Assembly: GCA_035540895.1 (NCBI GenBank)
Contig: DATLFR010000026.1
Coordinates: 23,738-47,737 of the forward strand
Direction: 5' to 3'
Source of the DNA: Actinomycetota bacterium
Lineage (GTDB): Bacteria > Actinomycetota > JAICYB01
Length of the DNA stretch: 24,000 bases
Below are positions 19,282-24,000 of the stretch, piece by piece. Numbering within the stretch: position 1 is the first letter of the stretch; every line of letters begins with the position of its first letter. A program made the position numbers and the translations under genes. The notes beneath the pieces were generated by a model. That model did not search any database. It had not been told where the DNA came from and saw only the letters and a program-made list of their open reading frames with translations.

Positions 19282-22075
19282 GAAGAAGTCGAGCCGCACG
19301 CCGAAGAACAAGGTCGGATCGTCCCCCCCGCCGAAGCCCGAGAAGAAGGAGAAGGCCGGACGCAAGGCCCAGGCTCGGCGGCCGAGCGCGAAGCTCGTGC
19401 ACGACTTCTCCGAGGGGGACAAGGACCAGAAGTTCCTGCTGGGCGGCAAGGGGGCCAACCTGGCCGAGATGACGAACCTCGGCCTCCCCGTGCCCCCGGG
19501 GTTCACGATCACCACCGATGCCTGCCGCGAGTACATGGCGAGCGGGAGGATCCCGTCCGGACTCGACGACCAGGTGGCCAAGGCCGTCCGGCGCCTCGAG
19601 AAGGCCATGGGCCGGTCGCTCGGCGACCCGAGCGACCCGCTGCTCGTATCGGTGCGGTCCGGGTCGATGTTCTCGATGCCCGGGATGATGGACACGGTCC
19701 TCAACCTCGGGATGAACGACGGGTCCGTGAAGGGGCTCGCCGACGTCACCGGAGACGATCGGTACGCCTGGGACTGCTACCGCCGCTTCATCCAGATGTT
19801 CGGCAAGACGGTCTCCGGGATCGACGCCGACCTGTTCGAACACGAACTCGAGCAGGCCCGTGCGCGGCGGGCCAAGGCGTCGAAGCGCAAGCCGGAAGAG
19901 GTGAAGGACCACCACCTGTCCGCGGACGACCTCCGCTCCCTCGTGGACAGCTACAAGCGGATCTACGAGGAACAGACCGGGAGCGGGTTCCCGCAGGACC
20001 CGCGCGAGCAGCTGCGGATGTCGATAAAGGCCGTCTTCGACTCGTGGGACAACAAGCGGGCCCGCGACTACCGGCGGCTCGAGCGCATCGACGACGCGCT
20101 GGGGACCGCGGTCAACGTGATGGCGATGGTCTTCGGGAACAAGGGCGACGATTCGGGGACCGGGGTCGCCTTCACGCGCGACCCGGCCACCGGGCGCAAG
20201 GGCGTCTACGGCGACTACCTCACCAACGCGCAGGGTGAGGACGTCGTCGCCGGTATCCGGACGCCCGAGCCCCTGCAGAGCCTGCGCAAGCAGAACAAGG
20301 CGGTGTACGAGGAGCTCCTCGCGATCATGGCCCGGCTCGAGAAGCACTACCGCGACATGTGCGACATCGAGTTCACCGTGGAGAACGGGAAGCTCTGGAT
20401 GCTGCAGACCCGCATCGGCAAGCGCACGCCGACGGCGGCCGTCCGGGTGGCGGTGGAGATGGTCTCCGACCGGCTGATCAACCAGCGCGAGGCTATCCAG
20501 CGGGTGGCTCCCGAGCAGCTCGACCAGCTCCTGCACCCCCAGTTCGACCCGAAGGCGGAGACGGAGACGCTCACCTCGGGCATCAACGCCTCTCCGGGAG
20601 CGGCTGTCGGGAAGATCGTCCTCGACGCCGACAAGGCGGTCGAGTGGACGGAGGCGGGGGAGGACGTGATCCTCGTGCGCGAGGAGACCAACCCCGACGA
20701 CGTGCATGGGATGTACGCGGCCCGGGGGATCCTCACGGCGCGGGGCGGCAAGACGTCGCACGCGGCCGTCGTCGCCCGCGGGGCGGGAAAGCCGTGCGTG
20801 GTGGGCGCGGACGATCTGCGGATCGATATCCGGGAGAGGACCGTCTCCGTGGAGGGCCGCAAGCTCAAGGAGGGAGACGTCATCTCGATCGACGGCACCA
20901 CGGGCAAGGTGATCGCGGGTGAGGTCGAGCTCGTGACGCCGAAGGTATCCGGTGAGTTCGCGACGCTGCTCGAGTGGTGCGACCGGGTGAAGTCGCTGGG
21001 CGTCCGGGCGAACGCGGACACGCCCGAGGACGCCAAGCGGGCGCGCCAGTTCGGCGCCGAGGGGATCGGCCTCGCCCGGACGGAGCACATGTTCCTGGGA
21101 GACCGGCTCCCGATCGTCCGCCGGGCGATCCTCGCTCGCAGCGACGAGGACCGCGACGCCGCCCTCGAGGACCTCCTGTCCCTGCAGCGCCGCGACTTCG
21201 AGGGGATCTTCAAGGCGATGGACGGGCTCCCCGTCACCATCCGCCTCCTGGACCCGCCCCTGCACGAGTTCCTCCCCTCCTCCAAGGAGCTCGCGGTCGA
21301 GCTGGAACGGATCCGGATCGCCTCGCAGATCACCGACATCGCCGACGTTCGGGCCATCACCGAGGAGCGGGAGCAGCTCCTCCAGCAGATCGAATCGATG
21401 GAGGAGTCCAACCCCATGCTCGGGCTGCGCGGGTGCCGGCTCGGGCTCGTGATACCAGGCATCTACCGGATGCAGGTCAGGGCGATCATGGAGGCCGCCT
21501 GCAGGCTGGCCAAGCGGGGCGGGAAACCGGGCGTGGAGATCATGATCCCGCTCGTGGGGATCGCCGCAGAGCTGGAGATCCTCAGACGCGAGTGCGACGA
21601 GGTGGCCAAGGAGGTAATCCGCGAGACCGGACAGAGGGTGAGGTACCTGATCGGGACGATGATCGAGGTGCCCCGGTCCGCGCTGACCGCCGGCGAGGTC
21701 GCCGAGCACGCGGACTTCTTCTCGTTCGGCACGAACGACCTCACGCAGATGACGTACGCCTTCAGCCGCGACGACGCGGAGGGCAAGTTCCTCGCTCCCT
21801 ACCTCGAGCGCCGCGTGCTGAGCGTGAACCCCTTCGAGACCATCGACCGCGAGGGCGTCGGGCGCCTGGTGAGGCTGGCCACCGATGAGGGTCGCGAGCT
21901 CAACCCGAGGCTGAAGGTCGGGGTCTGCGGCGAGCACGGGGGAGACCCCGAATCGGTCACCTTCTTCCACGAGGTGGGGCTCGATTACGTGTCCTGCTCA
22001 CCCTTCCGGGTGCCCGTGGCCCGGCTCGCCGCCGCGCACGCGGCCATCGGGACGGCCGAGGCGGCGAGCAAGTGA
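19274..22075 (+). CDS. ppdK: Pyruvate, phosphate dikinase with a Lys/Pro-rich N-terminal extension of about 40 aa
   Basis: LLGGKGANLAEMTNLGLPVPPGFTITTDAC, the phospho-His loop GGKTSHAAVVARG and the catalytic Cys region GVCGEHGGDP. ATG 19274 has a strong SD and overlaps the glyS end by 8 nt. Confidence 0.93.
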   Translation: MAKKKSSRTPKNKVGSSPPPKPEKKEKAGRKAQARRPSAKLVHDFSEGDKDQKFLLGGKGANLAEMTNLGLPVPPGFTITTDACREYMASGRIPSGLDDQVAKAVRRLEKAMGRSLGDPSDPLLVSVRSGSMFSMPGMMDTVLNLGMNDGSVKGLADVTGDDRYAWDCYRRFIQMFGKTVSGIDADLFEHELEQARARRAKASKRKPEEVKDHHLSADDLRSLVDSYKRIYEEQTGSGFPQDPREQLRMSIKAVFDSWDNKRARDYRRLERIDDALGTAVNVMAMVFGNKGDDSGTGVAFTRDPATGRKGVYGDYLTNAQGEDVVAGIRTPEPLQSLRKQNKAVYEELLAIMARLEKHYRDMCDIEFTVENGKLWMLQTRIGKRTPTAAVRVAVEMVSDRLINQREAIQRVAPEQLDQLLHPQFDPKAETETLTSGINASPGAAVGKIVLDADKAVEWTEAGEDVILVREETNPDDVHGMYAARGILTARGGKTSHAAVVARGAGKPCVVGADDLRIDIRERTVSVEGRKLKEGDVISIDGTTGKVIAGEVELVTPKVSGEFATLLEWCDRVKSLGVRANADTPEDAKRARQFGAEGIGLARTEHMFLGDRLPIVRRAILARSDEDRDAALEDLLSLQRRDFEGIFKAMDGLPVTIRLLDPPLHEFLPSSKELAVELERIRIASQITDIADVRAITEEREQLLQQIESMEESNPMLGLRGCRLGLVIPGIYRMQVRAIMEAACRLAKRGGKPGVEIMIPLVGIAAELEILRRECDEVAKEVIRETGQRVRYLIGTMIEVPRSALTAGEVAEHADFFSFGTNDLTQMTYAFSRDDAEGKFLAPYLERRVLSVNPFETIDREGVGRLVRLATDEGRELNPRLKVGVCGEHGGDPESVTFFHEVGLDYVSCSPFRVPVARLAAAHAAIGTAEAASK

Positions 22076-22905
22076 CCCGGGTCACCACGCCGGACGGGAT
22101 CGGTCTCGAGGTCCACGCGTCCGGACGCGGCGACGGACGCGCGGCGCTGCTCCTTCACGGCCTCACCGGCAACTCGGGGGTATGGTCGGCGGCCGGTCCC
22201 GCCCTGGCTCCCAGGTTCCGCGTCCTCGCGCTAGATCAGCGCGGCCACGGCGCATCGGAGGCGTCCACCGACCCCGAGGACCACACGCTGGACGTCCTGG
22301 CCCGCGACGTCTTCACCGTCCTCGACCACTTCGACGCCGAGCAGGCCACGCTCGTCGGGCACGGCATGGGAGCGACCGTTGCGATGCTCGCCGCGCTGGA
22401 CCGCCCCGATCGCGTCGAGGCGCTCGTGCTGGTCGGGGCGTCCGCCGAGCCCCTCGACCCGGCCTCGGGCTGGATGGTGACGAGGGACAGAGCCGTGGAG
22501 GCGGTGGAACGCGCCGGGATGGAGGCCGGATGGGACGCCTACCTCGAGAGCGGGATCTTCGGCTGGGACGTCGAGGAGATGCCGTCGGAGATCGTGGAGG
22601 ACTGGCGAGCCCAGTTCGTCCGGACCGCCCCGGCGGCCTTCGTCGGGCTCGCGCGCCACCTGGCCTCGCTCCCGGACCTGACCCCTCGGCTGGCCGGCCT
22701 CCAGGTCCCCACCCTCGTCGTCTGCGGGGACGACGATCAGGCCTATGCGCCGTACCAGGAAGCGCTCGTAGCCGCGATCGCGGGAGCCGAGCTCGTCTGG
22801 ATCGAGGGCGGTGGGCACACCCCGCAGCTCGCCCGCGGTGAGGAGTTCGGCGCCGAGGTGTTCGCGTTCCTGCGCCGGGCCCTTCCGACCGCGCCGAGCC
22901 GCTGA
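22072..22905 (+). CDS. Alpha/beta-hydrolase-fold protein with a Gly in place of the nucleophile Ser
   Basis: GTG 22072 overlaps the ppdK stop (GTGA). The oxyanion motif is HGLTGN, followed by DQRGHGAS. The nucleophile elbow reads GHGMGA instead of GHSMGG. The acid (CGDDD) and His (GGGHTPQL) positions are retained. Confidence 0.85.
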   Translation: MTRVTTPDGIGLEVHASGRGDGRAALLLHGLTGNSGVWSAAGPALAPRFRVLALDQRGHGASEASTDPEDHTLDVLARDVFTVLDHFDAEQATLVGHGMGATVAMLAALDRPDRVEALVLVGASAEPLDPASGWMVTRDRAVEAVERAGMEAGWDAYLESGIFGWDVEEMPSEIVEDWRAQFVRTAPAAFVGLARHLASLPDLTPRLAGLQVPTLVVCGDDDQAYAPYQEALVAAIAGAELVWIEGGGHTPQLARGEEFGAEVFAFLRRALPTAPSR

Positions 22906-22924
22906 GGGTGTCCCCCGCCGGCGG

Positions 22925-22930
22925 TAGACT
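22925..22930 (+). promoter_or_regulatory. Candidate -10 hexamer TAGACT upstream of the dgt-like gene
   Basis: A TAnnnT hexamer followed by a GGAAGGGGA SD-like run (22940-22948) and GTG 22953. This layout favours the 22953 start over GTG 22908. Confidence 0.3.
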
Positions 22931-22952
22931 CCGGCCGCGGGAAGGGGACATC

Positions 22953-23945
22953 GTGACCGTTCGCAGCCGGACCGAATCGATCGAGGACGCCGTGCTCGCG
23001 CCGTGGGCGACGCGCTCGGCCGATACCCGCGGACGGAACCGTCCCCTGCCGCCGGACGACCTGCGCACCGAGTTCCAACGAGACCGCGACCGGGTCCTGC
23101 ACACGAAATCCTTCCGGCGCCTGAAGCACAAGACGCAGGTCTTCCTGGCTCCCGAGGGCGACCACGTCCGGACCCGCCTCACCCACACGCTGGAGGTCGC
23201 GCAGGTCGCCCGGACCATCTGCCGGGCCCTGCGCCTCAACGAGGACCTGGTCGAGGCGATCGCGCTGGCCCACGACCTCGGACATACGCCGTTCGGGCAT
23301 ATCGGCGAGGAGATCCTCACCCGCTGCATGGGCCGTCGGTTCGAGCACAACCGCCAGTCACTGCGTGTGGTCGAGGTCCTCGAGCGGGACGGAGAGGGGC
23401 TCAACCTCACCTCGGAGGTGCGCGACGGCATCCTCAACCACACGTGGAGGATGCCCGAGCCCGCCACCGCGGAGGCGATGGTCGCGCGATGGGCCGACCG
23501 GATCGCCTACGTGAACCACGATGTGGACGACGCGATCCGGGCCGGCGTCCTCAAGCCGGACGACCTCCCGCCCGAGGTGGTCGACGTCCTGGGGCATACC
23601 CACGGGGAGCGCCTCGACCGCACGATCCGGGCGCTCGTGGCGTCCAGCTCCGAGGCCGGGGCGATCCGGATGCCCGCCGAGACGGCCGAGGCGATGTCCG
23701 CCCTGCGCGCGTTCCTCTTCGAGCGGGTGTACCTCGGTCCGGTCGCCCGGGGCGAGGAGGGGAAGGCGTCGGCCATCCTCGAGTCGCTCTTCGCTTGGTA
23801 CACGGACCACCCCGACGAGCTCCCGGCCGCGCGCCGGCCGGGGGACGACCTCGTCCAGCGCGTGGCCGACCACGTGTCCGGCATGACCGACCGGTACGCG
23901 ATCCGCACGTTCGAGCGTCTCTTCGTACCCTGGTCGCAGCTGTGA
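22953..23945 (+). CDS. dgt: dGTP triphosphohydrolase-like HD-domain protein
   Basis: FQRDRDRVLHTKSFRRLKHKTQVF, RTRLTHTLEVAQVAR and LAHDLGHTPFGH (HD motif). The start could be GTG 22953 (SD-supported) or GTG 22908; the extra 15 codons include the rare codons aga, ggt and gaa. The dgt-dnaG synteny matches Mycobacterium. Confidence 0.88.
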   Translation: MTVRSRTESIEDAVLAPWATRSADTRGRNRPLPPDDLRTEFQRDRDRVLHTKSFRRLKHKTQVFLAPEGDHVRTRLTHTLEVAQVARTICRALRLNEDLVEAIALAHDLGHTPFGHIGEEILTRCMGRRFEHNRQSLRVVEVLERDGEGLNLTSEVRDGILNHTWRMPEPATAEAMVARWADRIAYVNHDVDDAIRAGVLKPDDLPPEVVDVLGHTHGERLDRTIRALVASSSEAGAIRMPAETAEAMSALRAFLFERVYLGPVARGEEGKASAILESLFAWYTDHPDELPAARRPGDDLVQRVADHVSGMTDRYAIRTFERLFVPWSQL

Positions 23946-24000
23946 GCCCCCGCTTCGCCCGCGACGACATCGACGAGGTCCGCGAACGAGCGGACATACT
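23942..24000 (+). CDS. dnaG: DNA primase, N-terminal fragment (continues beyond the window)
   Basis: GTG 23942 overlaps the dgt stop (GTGA). VSPRFARDDIDEVRERADI resembles the DnaG N-terminal consensus (I..I..V+...DI). It follows dgt as in actinobacterial dgt-dnaG synteny. Only 19 codons are visible. Confidence 0.5.
   Translation, partial: MSPRFARDDIDEVRERADI

Noticed and set aside
19226-21970. A 914-aa ORF antisense to ppdK. Similar long antisense ORFs occur at 9429-11483 (684 aa), 3254-4966 (570 aa), 7989-9410, 7303-8502, 6123-7298, 16095-17276, 12820-13716 and 911-2038.
   Set aside because: These are shadow ORFs typical of about 70% GC DNA. They mirror well-supported sense genes and their products are low-complexity Arg/Pro/Gly/Asp/His-rich strings with no recognisable motifs. 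Codon position bias fits the opposite strand.
22908-22952. The GTG 22908 start for the dgt-like gene, which adds 15 codons.
   Set aside because: There is no usable SD, because GAGG sits directly against the GTG. The extra codons include aga, ggt and gaa, which are rare here. A TAGACT hexamer and a GGAAGGGGA SD lie inside the extension and fit the 22953 start better.

Overview
The window is very GC-rich (about 70% G+C by eye; third codon positions are almost all G/C). It is a chromosomal core segment with Actinomycetota-type synteny. I found no rRNA, tRNA, CRISPR array, transposase, integrase or obvious mobile element. The intergenic gaps are at most about 80 nt, which is too short for such features.

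Gene order: comEC (3' end), holA, then [GYD-domain protein on the minus strand, a cytoplasmic histidine kinase and a stand-alone REC response regulator], then rpsT on the minus strand. After rpsT there is an unbroken same-strand run of 21 genes: lepA, hemW, CIRCE-hrcA, dnaJ, rsmE, a BldD-like HTH regulator, a HIT hydrolase, phoH, ybeY, a CNNM/CorC CBS protein, era, a small 4-TM ORF, a PduO-type cobalamin adenosyltransferase, recO, uppS, glyQ, glyS, ppdK, an alpha/beta-fold protein, a dgt-like HD hydrolase and dnaG (5' end). More than half of the junctions are start/stop overlaps (GTGA, ATGA, TGATG).

I do not see a clear novel multi-gene system such as a defence island or biosynthetic cluster. 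The leads worth a second look are:
- a 3-gene signalling block inserted into the normally adjacent holA/rpsT junction and bounded by GCTAGC palindromes;
- a BldD-like regulator with a degenerate c-di-GMP signature, translationally coupled to a HIT nucleotide hydrolase;
- a recurrent TAnnnT hexamer 6-8 nt upstream of Shine-Dalgarno (SD)-less start codons, suggesting leaderless internal promoters, including one embedded in a perfect CIRCE operator;
- a Lys/Pro-rich N-terminal tail on PPDK;
- an alpha/beta hydrolase whose nucleophile Ser is replaced by Gly.

The many long antisense and alternative-frame ORFs in the track are high-GC shadow ORFs.
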